A stretch of DNA of 64,000 bases from Lingula anatina (Eukaryota; Animalia; Brachiopoda). Under the pieces are notes generated by a model, which did no database searches, was not told the DNA's origin, and saw only the letters and a program-made list of their open reading frames with translations. The stretch is from assembly GCA_051362555.1 (NCBI GenBank), contig CM120645.1:17918001-17982000 (forward strand), read 5' to 3'. Shown here one piece after another: positions 35,578 to 50,100 of the stretch. Positions within the stretch are counted from its first letter, which is position 1; each line of letters opens with the position of its first letter. The position numbers were made by a program, and so were the translations under genes.

Positions 35578-38500
35578 ATGTCAGTTTTTTTACTCTATTT
35601 GTTTGTAATCATTACCATTACTCTGCATGATGGTGTTGTCAATATATGTCTATGTGTCTGTTTATATGCTGTTTGCTGTTTCTATTGTGTATTGTTACTA
35701 AATGTGTTTATTCATATCGAGATGACTGTTTACGATTTCGTTTTCACTCTTTTACCTTGTGTTCTTGACATTATGGTGAATGTCATTGTTGTCACTGTAC
35801 ATGTGAAATTTTTTTCTAATCACTATGTTTCTGTTTTGTGACTGTGTTTGTTTGTATTTATTTTGATTACTGTGTTTGTTGCTGTTGTTACTGTTGATGT
35901 TTGTATTTATTGTGAACACTGTGTATGTCAGTTTTGTCACTCTATTTGTTTGTAATCATTACTAATACTTTGCATGATGGTGTTGTCACTATGTTTATGT
36001 GTCTGTTTATATGCTGTTTGCTGTTTCTATTCTGTATTTTTACTGAATGTGTTTGTACATTATGAGATGACTGTGTACAACTTTGTTTTCACTCTTTTTT
36101 GTCATGTTCATTCTTAGTACGGTAAATGTTACTGTTGTCACTGTACATTTGATATTTTTTTCTAATCACTGTGTATGTCTGTGTTTTGACTGTGCTTGTT
36201 TTTATTCATTTTGATTACTATGCATGTTTGTGTTGTCACTGTTCGTGTTTGTATTTATTGTGAGCACTGTGTATGTCAGTTTTGTCACTCTATTTATTTA
36301 CGTAATTTTAACTTATTAACATTATTTAATGCTATATAATATCTAACACCATTCTTTAATAGAGGGACCTTTCAATAAAAGCAGCCGCTACCGGCCAAAT
36401 TTTGAACACCATTTATCTGTGTTTGTCATTTATCTGTTTTTTTTTTATCTGTGTTTTTATTCATTTTGATTACTGTGCATGTTTGTGTTGTCACTGTTTG
36501 TGTTTGTATTTATTGTGAGCACTGTGTATGTCAGTTTTGTCACTCTATTTGTTTGTAGTCATTACTATTACTCTGTATGATGGTGTTGTCACTGTATCTC
36601 TATGTGTCTCTTTATATTCTGTGTGCTGTGTCTATTCTGTATTGTTACTGAATATGTTTGTACATTATGAGATGACTGTGACTAACTTCATTTTCACTCT
36701 TTTTCGTTGTGTTCAGTCTTATTATGTTGAATGTAACTGTTGTCACTGTACATGTCAAAATTTATTCTTATCACTGTGTATGACTATATTGTGACTGTGT
36801 TTCTTTGTATTTATTTTGATTACTGCATTGGTTGGTGTTGTTACTGTTGATGTTTGTATTTATTGTGAGCACTGTGTATGTCAGTTTTTTTACTCTATTT
36901 GTTTGTAATCATTACCATTACTCTGCATGATGGTGTTGTCAATATATGTCTATGTGTCTGTTTATGTGCTGTTTGCTATTTCTATTCTGTATTGTTACTG
37001 AATGTGTTTGTTCATATCGAGATGACTGTTTACGACTTCGTTTTCACTCTTTTTCGTTGTGTTCATTCTTATTATCGTAAATGTTACTGTTGTCACTGTA
37101 CAAGTGAAATTTGTTTCTAATTACTGTTTGTCTGTATTTTCACTGTTTTTGTTTTTATTTCTTTTGGTTACTGTGCATGTTTGTGTTGTCACTGTTCATG
37201 TTTGTATATATTGTGGCCACTGTGTATGTAAGTTTTGTCACTCTATTTGTTTGTAATCATTACTATTACTCTGCATGATGGTGTTGTCAGTGTATCTCTA
37301 TGTGTCTCTTTATATTCTGTGTGCTGTGTCTATTCTGTATTGTTACTGAATATGTTTCTACATTATGAGATGACTGTGTACAACTTCGTTTTCACTCTTT
37401 TTCGTTGTGTTCATTCTTATTACAATGAATGTTATTGTTCTCACTGTACATGTGAATTTTTTTTTCTAATCACTGTGTATGTCTGTTTTGTGACTGTTTT
37501 TGTTTGCATTTATTTTGATTACTGTGTTTGTTGGTGTTGTTACTGTTGATGTTTGTATTTATTGTGAGCAATGTGTATGTCAGTTTTGTTACTCTATTTG
37601 TTTGTAATCATTACTATTACTCTGAATTAATGGTGTTGTCAATATATATCTATGTGTCTGTTTATATGCTGTTTGCTGTATCTATTGTGTATTGTTACTG
37701 AATGTGTTTATTCATATTGAGATGACTGTTTACGATTTCGGTTTCACTCTTTTACCTTGTGTTCTTGTCATTATGGTGAATGTCATTGTTGTCACTGTAC
37801 ATGTGAAATTTTTTTCAAATCACTGTTTCTGTGTTATGACTGTGTTTGTTTGTATTTATTTTGATTACTGTGTTTGTTGGTGTTGTTACTGTTGATGTTT
37901 GTATTTATTGTGAACATTGTGTATATCAGTTTTGTCACTCTATTTGTTTGTAATCATTACTATTACTGTGCATGATGGTGTTGTCAATATATGTCTTTGT
38001 GTCTGTTTATATGCTGTTTGCTGTTTCTATTCTGCATTGTTATTGAATGTGTTTGTTCATATCGAGATGACTGTTTACGCCTTCGTTTTCACTCTTTTAA
38101 CTTGTGTTCTTGTGATTAAGGTGAATGTTACTGTTGTCCCTGTACGTTTCAAATTTTTTTACTCTTTTTCCTTGTGTTCATTCTCATTATGGTAAATGTC
38201 ATTGTTGTCACTGTACATGTGAATTTTTTTTCTAATCACTGTGTTTCTGTTTTGTGACTGTGTTTGTTTGTATTTATTTTGATTACTGTGTTTGTTGGTG
38301 TTGTTACTGTTGATGTTTGTATTTATTGTGGGCACTGTGTATGTCAGTTTTTTTACTCTATTTGTTTGTAATCATTACCATTACTCTGCATGATGGTGTT
38401 GTCAATATATGTCTATGTGTCTGTTTATATGCTGTTTGCTGTTTCTATTGTGTATTGTTACTAAATGTGTTTATTCATATCGAGATGACTGTTTACGATT

Positions 38501-41103
38501 TCGTTTTCACTCTTTTACCTTGTGTTCTTGACATTATGGTGAATGTCATTGTTGTCACTGTACATGTGAAATTTTTTTCTAATCACTATGTTTCTGTTTT
38601 GTGACTGTGTTTGTTTGTATTTATTTTGATTACTGTGTTTGTTGCTGTTGTTACTGTTGATGTTTGTATTTATTGTGAACACTGTGTATGTCAGTTTTGT
38701 CACTCTATTTGTTTGTAATCATTACTAATACTTTGCATGATGGTGTTGTCACTATGTTTATGTGTCTGTTTATATGCTGTTTGCTGTTTCTATTCTGTAT
38801 TTTTACTGAATGTGTTTGTACATTATGAGATGACTGTGTACAACTTTGTTTTCACTCTTTTTTGTCATGTTCATTCTTAGTACGGTAAATGTTACTGTTG
38901 TCACTGTACATTTGATATTTTTTTCTAATCACTGTGTATGTCTGTGTTTTGACTGTGCTTGTTTTTATTCATTTTGATTACTATGCATGTTTGTGTTGTC
39001 ACTGTTCGTGTTTGTATTTATTGTGAGCACTGTGTATGTCAGTTTTGTCACTCTATTTATTTACGTAATTTTAACTTATTAACATTATTTAATGCTATAT
39101 AATATCTAACACCATTCTTTAATAGAGGGACCTTTCAATAAAAGCAGCCGCTACCGGCCAAATTTTGAACACCATTTATCTGTGTTTGTCATTTATCTGT
39201 TTTTTTTTTATCTGTGTTTTTATTCATTTTGATTACTGTGCATGTTTGTGTTGTCACTGTTTGTGTTTGTATTTATTGTGAGCACTGTGTATGTCAGTTT
39301 TGTCACTCTATTTGTTTGTAGTCATTACTATTACTCTGTATGATGGTGTTGTCACTGTATCTCTATGTGTCTCTTTATATTCTGTGTGCTGTGTCTATTC
39401 TGTATTGTTACTGAATATGTTTGTACATTATGAGATGACTGTGACTAACTTCATTTTCACTCTTTTTCGTTGTGTTCAGTCTTATTATGTTGAATGTAAC
39501 TGTTGTCACTGTACATGTCAAAATTTATTCTTATCACTGTGTATGACTATATTGTGACTGTGTTTCTTTGTATTTATTTTGATTACTGCATTGGTTGGTG
39601 TTGTTACTGTTGATGTTTGTATTTATTGTGAGCACTGTGTATGTCAGTTTTTTTACTCTATTTGTTTGTAATCATTACCATTACTCTGCATGATGGTGTT
39701 GTCAATATATGTCTATGTGTCTGTTTATGTGCTGTTTGCTATTTCTATTCTGTATTGTTACTGAATGTGTTTGTTCATATCGAGATGACTGTTTACGACT
39801 TCGTTTTCACTCTTTTTCGTTGTGTTCATTCTTATTATCGTAAATGTTACTGTTGTCACTGTACAAGTGAAATTTGTTTCTAATTACTGTTTGTCTGTAT
39901 TTTCACTGTTTTTGTTTTTATTTCTTTTGGTTACTGTGCATGTTTGTGTTGTCACTGTTCATGTTTGTATATATTGTGGCCACTGTGTATGTAAGTTTTG
40001 TCACTCTATTTGTTTGTAATCATTACTATTACTCTGCATGATGGTGTTGTCAGTGTATCTCTATGTGTCTCTTTATATTCTGTGTGCTGTGTCTATTCTG
40101 TATTGTTACTGAATATGTTTCTACATTATGAGATGACTGTGTACAACTTCGTTTTCACTCTTTTTCGTTGTGTTCATTCTTATTACAATGAATGTTATTG
40201 TTCTCACTGTACATGTGAATTTTTTTTTCTAATCACTGTGTATGTCTGTTTTGTGACTGTTTTTGTTTGCATTTATTTTGATTACTGTGTTTGTTGGTGT
40301 TGTTACTGTTGATGTTTGTATTTATTGTGAGCAATGTGTATGTCAGTTTTGTTACTCTATTTGTTTGTAATCATTACTATTACTCTGAATTAATGGTGTT
40401 GTCAATATATATCTATGTGTCTGTTTATATGCTGTTTGCTGTATCTATTGTGTATTGTTACTGAATGTGTTTATTCATATTGAGATGACTGTTTACGATT
40501 TCGGTTTCACTCTTTTACCTTGTGTTCTTGTCATTATGGTGAATGTCATTGTTGTCACTGTACATGTGAAATTTTTTTCAAATCACTGTTTCTGTGTTAT
40601 GACTGTGTTTGTTTGTATTTATTTTGATTACTGTGTTTGTTGGTGTTGTTACTGTTGATGTTTGTATTTATTGTGAACATTGTGTATATCAGTTTTGTCA
40701 CTCTATTTGTTTGTAATCATTACTATTACTGTGCATGATGGTGTTGTCAATATATGTCTTTGTGTCTGTTTATATGCTGTTTGCTGTTTCTATTCTGCAT
40801 TGTTATTGAATGTGTTTGTTCATATCGAGATGACTGTTTACGCCTTCGTTTTCACTCTTTTAACTTGTGTTCTTGTGATTAAGGTGAATGTTACTGTTGT
40901 CCCTGTACGTTTCAAATTTTTTTACTCTTTTTCCTTGTGTTCATTCTCATTATGGTAAATGTCATTGTTGTCACTGTACATGTGAATTTTTTTTCTAATC
41001 ACTGTGTTTCTGTTTTGTGACTGTGTTTGTTTGTATTTATTTTGATTACTGTGTTTGTTGGTGTTGTTACTGTTGATGTTTGTATTTATTGTGGGCACTG
41101 TGT
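35578..41103 (+). repeat. Near-identical 2763-bp tandem duplication (higher-order repeat)
   Basis: ORF pairs 36528/39291, 36878/39641, 37059/39822, 37692/40455, 37917/40680 are all offset by 2763 with identical translations. Confidence 0.93.
36299..36452. repeat. ~155-bp non-satellite insert, five copies (~36299, 39062, 50400, 53563, 56732)
   Basis: tacgtaattttaact...agagggacctttcaataaaagcagccgctaccggccaaattt...atttatctgtttttt; always in the same monomer context. Confidence 0.9.
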
Positions 41104-44100
41104 ATGTCAGTTTTTTTACTCTATTTGTTTGTAATCATTACCATTACTCTGCATGATGGTGTTGTCAATATATGTCTATGTGTCTGTTTATGTGCTGTTT
41201 GCTATTTCTATTCTGTATTGTTACTGAATGTGTTTGTGCATATCCAGATGACTGTTTACGACTTCGTTTTCACTCTTTTTCGTTGTGTTCATTCTTATTA
41301 TCGTAAATGTTACTGTTGTCACTGTACAAGTGAAATTTGTTTCTAATTACTGTTTGTCTGTATTTTCACTGTTTTTGTTTTTATTTATTTTGGTTACTGT
41401 GCATGTTTGTGTTGTCACTGTTCATGTTTGTATTTATTGTGACCACTGTGTATGTAAGTTTTGTCACTCTATTTGTTTGTAATCATTACTATTACTCTGC
41501 ATGATGGTGTTGTCAGTGTATCTCTATGTGCCTCTTTATATTCTGTGTGCTGTGTCTATTCTGTATTGTTACTGAATATGTTTCTACATTATGAGATGAC
41601 TGTGTACAACTTCGTTTTCACTCTTTTTCGTTGTGTTCATTCTTATTACAATGAATGTTATTGTTCTCACTGTACATGTGAATTTTTTTTCTAATCACTG
41701 TGTATGTCTGTTTTGTGACTGTTTTTGTTTCCATTTATTTTGATTACTGTGTTTGTTGGTGTTGTTACTGTTGATGTTTGTATTTATTGTGAGCAATGTG
41801 TATGTCAGTTTTGTTACTCTGTTTGTAATCATTACTATTACTCTGTATGATGGTGTTGTCACTGTATGTCTATGTGTTTGTTTATATTCTTTTTGTTGTT
41901 TCCATTCTGTATTGTTACTGAATGTGTTTGTACATTATGAGATGAATGTGTACAATGTCGTTTTCACTCTTTTTCGTCGTGTTCATTCTTATTACGGTAA
42001 ATGTTACTGTTGTCACTGTACAATGGAAAATTTTTTCTAATTACTGTGTTTGTCTGTATTTTTACTGTTTGTTTTTATTTATTTTGGTTACTGTGTATGT
42101 CAGTTTTGTCACTCTATTTGTTTGTAATCATTACTATTACTCTGCATGATGGTGTTGTCACTGTATCTCTATGTGTCTTTTTATATTCTGTGTGCTGTGT
42201 CTATTCTGTATTGTTACTGTATGTGTTTGTACATTATGAGATGACTGTGTAGAACTTCGTTTTCACTGTTTTTCGTCGTGTTCATTCTTATTATGGTGAA
42301 TGTTACTGTTCTCACTGTACACTGTCTGTATTTTTACTGCTTCTTTGTATTTATTTTGATTACTGTGTTGGTTGGTGTTGTTACTGTTGATGTTTGTATT
42401 TATTGTGAGCACTGTGTATGTCAGTTTTGTTACTCAATTTGTTTGTAATCATTACTATTACTCTGCATGATGGTGTTGTCACTGTATGTCTATGTGTCTC
42501 TTTATATTCTCTTTGCTGTGTCTATTCTGTATTGTTACTGAATGTGTTTGTACATTATGAGATGAATGTGTACAACGTCGTTTTCACTCTTTTTCGTTGT
42601 GTTCATTCTTATTATGGTAAATGTTACTGTTGTCACTGTACACTGTCTGTATTTTTACTGCTTCTTTGTATTTATTTTGTACACTGTACATGTGAAATTT
42701 TTTTCTAATCACTGTTTCTGTTTTATGACTGTGTTTGTTTGTATTTATTTTGATTACTGTGTTTGTTGGTGTTGTTACTGTTGATGTTTGTATTTATTGT
42801 GAACACTGTGTATATCAGTTTTGTCACTCTATTTGTTTGTAATCATTACTATTACTGTGCATGATGGTGTTGTCAATATATGTCTTTGTGTCTGTTTATA
42901 TGCTGTTTGCTGTTTCTATTCTGCATTGTTATTGAATGTGTTTGTTCATATCGAGATGACTGTTTACGCCTTCGTTTTCACTCTTTTAACTTGTGTTCTT
43001 GTCATTAAGGTGAATGTTACTGTTGTCCCTGTACGTTTCAAATTTTTTTTACTCTTTTTCCTTGTGTTCATTCTCATTATGTTGAATGTAACTGTTGTCA
43101 CTGTACATGTCAAAATTTCTTATCACTGTGTATGACTATATTGTGACTGTGTTTCTTTGTATTTATTTTGATTACTGCATTGGTTGGTGTTGTTACTGTT
43201 GATGTTTGTATTTATTGTGAGCACTGTGTATGTCAGTTTTTTTACTCTATTTGTTTGTAATCATTACCATTACTCTGCATGATGGTGTTGTCAATATATG
43301 TCTATGTGTCTGTTTATGTGCTGTTTGCTATTTCTATTCTGTATTGTTACTGAATGTGTTTGTTCATATCGAGATGACTGTTTACGACTTCGTTTTCACT
43401 CTTTTTCGTTGTGTTCATTCTTATTATCGTAAATGTTACTGTTGTCACTGTACAAGTGAAATTTTTTTCTAATTACTGTTTGTCTGTATTTTCACTGTTT
43501 TTGTTTTTATTTCTTTTGGTTACTGTGCATGTTTGTGTTGTCACTGTTCATGTTTGTATATATTGTGGCCACTGTGTATGTAAGTTTTGTCACTCTATTT
43601 GTTTGTAATCATTACTATTACTCTGCATGATGGTGTTGTCAGTGTATCTCTATGTGTCTCTTTATATTCTGTGTGCTGTGTCTATTCTGTATTGTTACTG
43701 AATATGTTTCTACATTATGAGATGACTGTGTACAACTTCGTTTTCACTCTTTTTCGTTGTGTTCATTCTTATTACAATGAATGTTATTGTTCTCACTGTA
43801 CATGTGAATTTTTTTTTCTAATCACTGTGTATGTCTGTTTTGTGACTGTTTTTGTTTGCATTTATTTTGATTACTGTGTTTGTTGGTGTTGTTACTGTTG
43901 ATGTTTGTATTTATTGTGAGCAATGTGTATGTCAGTTTTGTTACTCTATTTGTTTGTAATCATTACTATTACTCTGAATTAATGGTGTTGTCAATATATA
44001 TCTATGTGTCTGTTTATATGCTGTTTGCTGTATCTATTGTGTATTGTTACTGAATGTGTTTATTCATATTGAGATGACTGTTTACGATTTCGGTTTCACT

Positions 44101-47100
44101 CTTTTACCTTGTGTTCTTGTCATTATGGTGAATGTCATTGTTGTCACTGTACATGTGAAATTTTTTTCTAATCACTGTTTCTGTGTTATGACTGTGTTTG
44201 TTTGTATTTATTTTGATTACTGTGTTTGTTGGTGTTGTTACTGTTGATGTTTGTATTTATTGTGAACACTGTGTATATCAGTTTTGTCACTCTATTTGTT
44301 TGTAATCATTACTATTACTGTGCATGATGGTGTTGTCAATATATGTCTTTGTGTCTGTTTATATGCTGTTTGCTGTTTCTATTCTGCATTGTTATTGAAT
44401 GTGTTTGTTCATATCGAGATGACTGTTTACGCCTTCGTTTTCACTCTTTTAACTTGTGTTCTTGTGATTAAGGTGAATGTTACTGTTGTCCCTGTACGTT
44501 TCAAATTTTTTTACTCTTTTTCCTTGTGTTCATTCTCATTATGGTAAATGTCATTGTTGTCACTGTACATGTGAAATTTTTTTCTAATCACTGTGTTTCT
44601 GTTTTGTGACTGTGTTTGTTTGTATTTATTTTGATTACTGTGTTTGTTGGTGTTGTTACTGTTGATGTTTGTATTTATTGTGGGCACTGTGTATGTCAGT
44701 TTTTTTACTCTATTTGTTTGTAATCATTACCATTACTCTGCATGATGGTGTTGTCAATATATGTCTATGTGTCTGTTTATGTGCTGTTTGCTATTTCTAT
44801 TCTGTATTGTTACTGAATGTGTTTGTGCATATCCAGATGACTGTTTACGACTTCGTTTTCACTCTTTTTCGTTGTGTTCATTCTTATTATCGTAAATGTT
44901 ACTGTTGTCACTGTACAAGTGAAATTTGTTTCTAATTACTGTTTGTCTGTATTTTCACTGTTTTTGTTTTTATTTATTTTGGTTACTGTGCATGTTTGTG
45001 TTGTCACTGTTCATGTTTGTATTTATTGTGACCACTGTGTATGTAAGTTTTGTCACTCTATTTGTTTGTAATCATTACTATTACTCTGCATGATGGTGTT
45101 GTCAGTGTATCTCTATGTGTCTCTTTATATTCTGTGTGCTGTGTCTATTCTGTATTGTTACTGAATATGTTTCTACATTATGAGATGACTGTGTACAACT
45201 TCGTTTTCACTCTTTTTCGTTGTGTTCATTCTTATTACAATGAATGTTATTGTTCTCACTGTACATGTGAATTTTTTTTCTAATCACTGTGTATGTCTGT
45301 TTTGTGACTGTTTTTGTTTGCATTTATTTTGATTACTGTGTTTGTTGGTGTTGTTACTGTTATTGTTTATATTTATTATGAGCACTGTGTATGTCAGTTT
45401 TGTTACTCAATTTGTTTGTAATCATTACTATTACTCTGCATGATGGTGTTGTCACTGTATGTCTATGTGTCTCTTTATATTCTCTTTGCTGTGTCTATTC
45501 TGTATTGTTACTGAATGTGTTTGTACATTATGAGATGAATGTGTACAACGTCGTTTTCACTCTTTTTCGTTGTGTTCATTCTTATTATGGTAAATGTTAC
45601 TGTTGTCACTGTACACTGTCTGTATTTTTACTGTTTCTTTGTATTTATTTTGATTACTGTGTTGGTTGGTGTTGTTACTGTTGATGTTTGTATTTATTGT
45701 GAGCACTGTGTATGTCAGTTGTTTTACTTTATTTGTTTGTAATCATTACCATTACTCTGCATAATGGATCTGTCAATATATGTCTATGTGTCTGTTTATA
45801 TGCTGTTTGCTGTATCTATTCTGTATTGTTACTGAATGTGTTTGTTCATATCGAGATGACTGTTTACGACTTCGTTTTCACTCTTTTACCTTGTGTTCTT
45901 GTCATTATGGTGAATATCATTGTTGTCACTGTACATGTGAAATTTATTTCTAATCACTGTGTATGTCTGTTTTGTGACTTTTTGTTTGCATTTATTTTGA
46001 TTACTGTGTTTGTTGCTGTGTATGTCAGTTTTTTTACTCTATTTGTTTGTAATCATTACCATTACTCTGCATGATGGTGTTGTCAATATATGTCTATGTG
46101 TCTGTTTATGTGCTGTTTGCTATTTCTATTCTGTATTGTTACTGAATGTGTTTGTTCATATCGAGATGACTGTTTACGACGTCGTTTTCACTCTTTTTCG
46201 TTGTGTTCATTCTTATTACGTTAAATGTTTTTACTCTTTTTCGTTGTGTTCATTCTTATTATCGTAAATGTTACTGTTGTCACTGTACAAGTGAAATTTG
46301 TTTCTAATTACTGTTTGTCTGTATTTTCACTGTTTTTGTTTTTATTTATTTTGGTTACTGTGCATGTTTGTGTTGTCACTGTTCATGTTTGTATATATTG
46401 TGACCACTGTATATGTAAGTTTTGTCACTCTATTTGTTTGTAATCATTACTATTACTCTGCATGATGGTGTTGTCAGTGTATCTCTATGTGTCTCTTTAT
46501 ATTCTGTGTGCTGTGTCTATTCTGTATTGTTACTGAATATGTTTCTACATTATGAGATGACTGTGTACAACTTCGTTTTCACTCTTTTTCGTTGTGTTCA
46601 TTCTTATTACAATGAATGTTATTGTTCTCACTGTACATGTGAATTTTTTTCTAATCACTGTGTATGTCTGTTTTGTGACTGTTTTTGTTTTTATTTATTT
46701 TGGTTACTGTGCATGTTTGTGTTGTTACTGTTCGTGTTTGTTTTTATTGTGAGCACTGTGTATGTCAGTTGTTTTACTCTATTTGTTTGTAATCATTACC
46801 ATTACTCTGCATAATGGATCTGTCAATATATGTCTATGTGTCTGTTTATATGCTGTTTGCTGTTTCTATTCTGTATTGTTACTGAATGTGTTTGTTCATA
46901 TCGAGATGACTGTTTACGACTTCGTTTTCACTCTTTTATCTTGTGTTCTTGTCATTATGGTGAATGTCATTGTTGTCACTGTACATGTGAAATTTTTTTC
47001 TAATCACTGTGTATGTCTGTTTTGTGACTTTTTGTTTGCATTTATTTTGATTACTGTGTTTGTTGGTGTTGTTACTGTTGATGTTTGTATTTATTATGAG

Positions 47101-50100
47101 CACTGTGTATGTCAGTTTTGTTACTCTATTTGTTTGTAATCATTACTATTACTCTGCATGATGGTGTTGTCACTGTATGTCTATGTGTTTGTTTATATTC
47201 TTTTTGCTTTGTCTATTCTGTATTGTTACTGAATGTGTTTGTACATTATGAGATGAATGTGTACAACGTCGTTTTCACTCTTTTTTGTTGTGTTCATTCT
47301 TATTACGTTAAATGTTTCTGTTCTCACTGTACATGTGAAATTTGTTTCTAATTACTGTGTTTGTCTGTATTTATACTGTGTTTGTTTTTATTTATTTTGG
47401 ATACTGTGCATGTTTGTGTTGTCACTGTTCGTGTTTGTATTTATTTTGAGCACTCTGTATGTCAGTTTTGTCACTATTTGTTTGTAATCATTACTATTAC
47501 TCTGCATGATAGTGTTGTCAGTGTATCTCTGTGTCTCTTTATATTCTTTTTGCTGTGTCTATTCTGTATTGTTACTGAATGTGTTTGTACATTATGAGAT
47601 AAATGTGTACAACGTCGTTTTCACTCTTTTTCGTTGTGTTCATTCTTATTACGTTAAATGTTACTGTTGTCACTGTACAAGTGAAATTTGTTTCTAATTA
47701 CTGTGTTTGTCTGTATTTTTACTGTGTTTCTTTGTATTTATTTTGATTACTGTGTTGGTTGGTGTTGTTACTGTTGATGTTTGTATTTATTGTGAGCAAT
47801 GTGTATATCAGTTTTGTCACTCTATTTGTTTGTAATCATTACTATTACTGTGCATGATGGTGTTGTCAATATATTTCTTTGTGTCTGTTTATATGTTGTT
47901 TGCTGTTTCTATTCTGCATTGTTATTGAATGTGTTTGTTCATATCGAGATGACTGTTTAAGCCTTCGTTTTCACTCTTTTAACTTGTGTTCTTGTCATTA
48001 AGGTGAATGTTACTGTTGTCCCTGTACGTTTCAAATTTTTTTACTCTTTTTCCTTGTGTTCATTCTCATTATGGTAAATGTCATTGTTGTCACTGTACAT
48101 GTGAAATTTTTTTCTAATCACTGTGTTTCAGTTTTGTGACTGTGTTTGTTTGTATTTATTTTGATTACTGTGTTTGTTGGTGTTGTTACTGTTGATGTTT
48201 GTATTTATTGTGGGCACTGTGTATGTCAGTTTTTTTACTCTATTTGTTTGTAATCATTACCATTACTCTGCATGATGGTGTTATCAATATATGTCTATGT
48301 GTCTGTTTATATGCTGTTTGCTATTTCTATTCTGTATTGTTACTGAATGTGTTTGTTCATATCGAGATGACTGTTTACGACTTCGTTTTCACTCTTTTTC
48401 GTTGTGTTCATTCTTATTATTGTAAATGTTACAGTTGTCACTGTACAAGTGAAATTTGTTTCTAATTACTGTTTGTCTGTATTTTCACTGTTTTTGTTTT
48501 TATTTATTTTGGTTACTGTGCATGTTTGTGTTGTCACTGTTCATGTTTGTATATATTGTGACCACTGTGTATGTAAGTTTTGTCACTCTATTTGTTTGTA
48601 ATCATTACTATTACTGTGCATGATGGTGTTGTCAGTGTATCTCTATGTGTCTCTTTATATTCTGTGTGCTGTGTCTATTCTGTATTGTTACTGAATATGT
48701 TTCTACATTATGAGATGACTGTGTACAACTTCGTTTTCACTCTTTTTCGTTGTGTTCATTCTTATTACAATGAATGTTATTGTTCTCACTGTACATGTGA
48801 ATTTTTTTTCTAATCACTGTGTATGTCTGTTTTGTGACTGTTTTTGTTTGCATTTATTTTGATTACTGTGTTTGTTGGTGTTGTTACTGTTGATGTTTGT
48901 ATTTATTGTGAGCAATGTGTATGTCAGTTTTGTTACTCTGTTTGTAATCATTACTATTACTCTGTATGATGGTGTTGTCACTGTATGTCTATGTGTCTGT
49001 TTATATTCTTTGCTGTGTCTATTCTGTATTGTTACTGAATGTGTTTGTACATTATGAGATGAATGTGTACAATGTCGTTTTCACTCTTTTTGGTCGTGTT
49101 CATTCTTATTACGGTAAATGTTACTGTTGTCACTGTACAATGGAATTTTTTTTCTAATTACTGTGTTTGTCTGTATTTTTACTGTGTTTGTTTTTATTTA
49201 TTTTGGATACTGTGCATGTTTGTGTTGTCACTGTTCGTGTTTGTATTTATTTTGAGCACTCTGTATGTCAGTTTTGTCACTCTATTTGTTTGTAATCATT
49301 ACTATTACTCTGCATGATGGTGTTGTCAGTGTATCTCTGTGTCTCTTTATATTCTTTTGCTGTGTCTATTCTGTATTGTTACTGAATGTGTTTGTACATT
49401 ATGAGATGAATGTGTACAACGTCGTTTTCACTCTTTTTCGTTGTGTTCATTCTTATTACGGTAAATGTTACTGTTGTCACTGTACAAGTGAAATTTGTTT
49501 CTAATTACTGCGTTGTCTGTATTTTTACTGTGTTTCTTTTTATTTTTTTATTACTGTGTTGGTTGGTGTTGTTACTGTTGATGTTTGTATTTATTGTGAA
49601 CACTGTGTATATCAGTTTTGTCACTCTATTTGTTTGTAATCATTACTATTACTGTGCATGATGGTGTTGTCAATATATGTCTTTGTGTCTGTTTATATGC
49701 TGTTTGCTGTTTCTATTCTGCATTGTTATTGAATGTGTTTGTTCATATCGAGATGACTGTTTAAGCCTGTGTTTTCACTCTTTTAACTTGTGTTCTTGTC
49801 ATTAAGGTGAATGTTACTGTTGTCCCTGTACATTTCAAATTTATTTACTCTTTTTCCTTGTGTTCATTCTCATTATGGTAAATGTCATTGTTGTCACTGT
49901 ACATGTGAAATTTTTTTCTAATCACTGTGTTTCTGTTTTGTGACTGTGTTTGTTTGTATTTATTTTGATTACTGTGTTTGTTGGTGTTGTTACTGTTGAT
50001 GTTTGTATTTATTGTGGGCACTGTGTATGTCAGTTTTGTCACTCTATTTGTTTGTAATCATTACTAATACTTTGCATGATGGTGTTGTCACTATGTTTAT

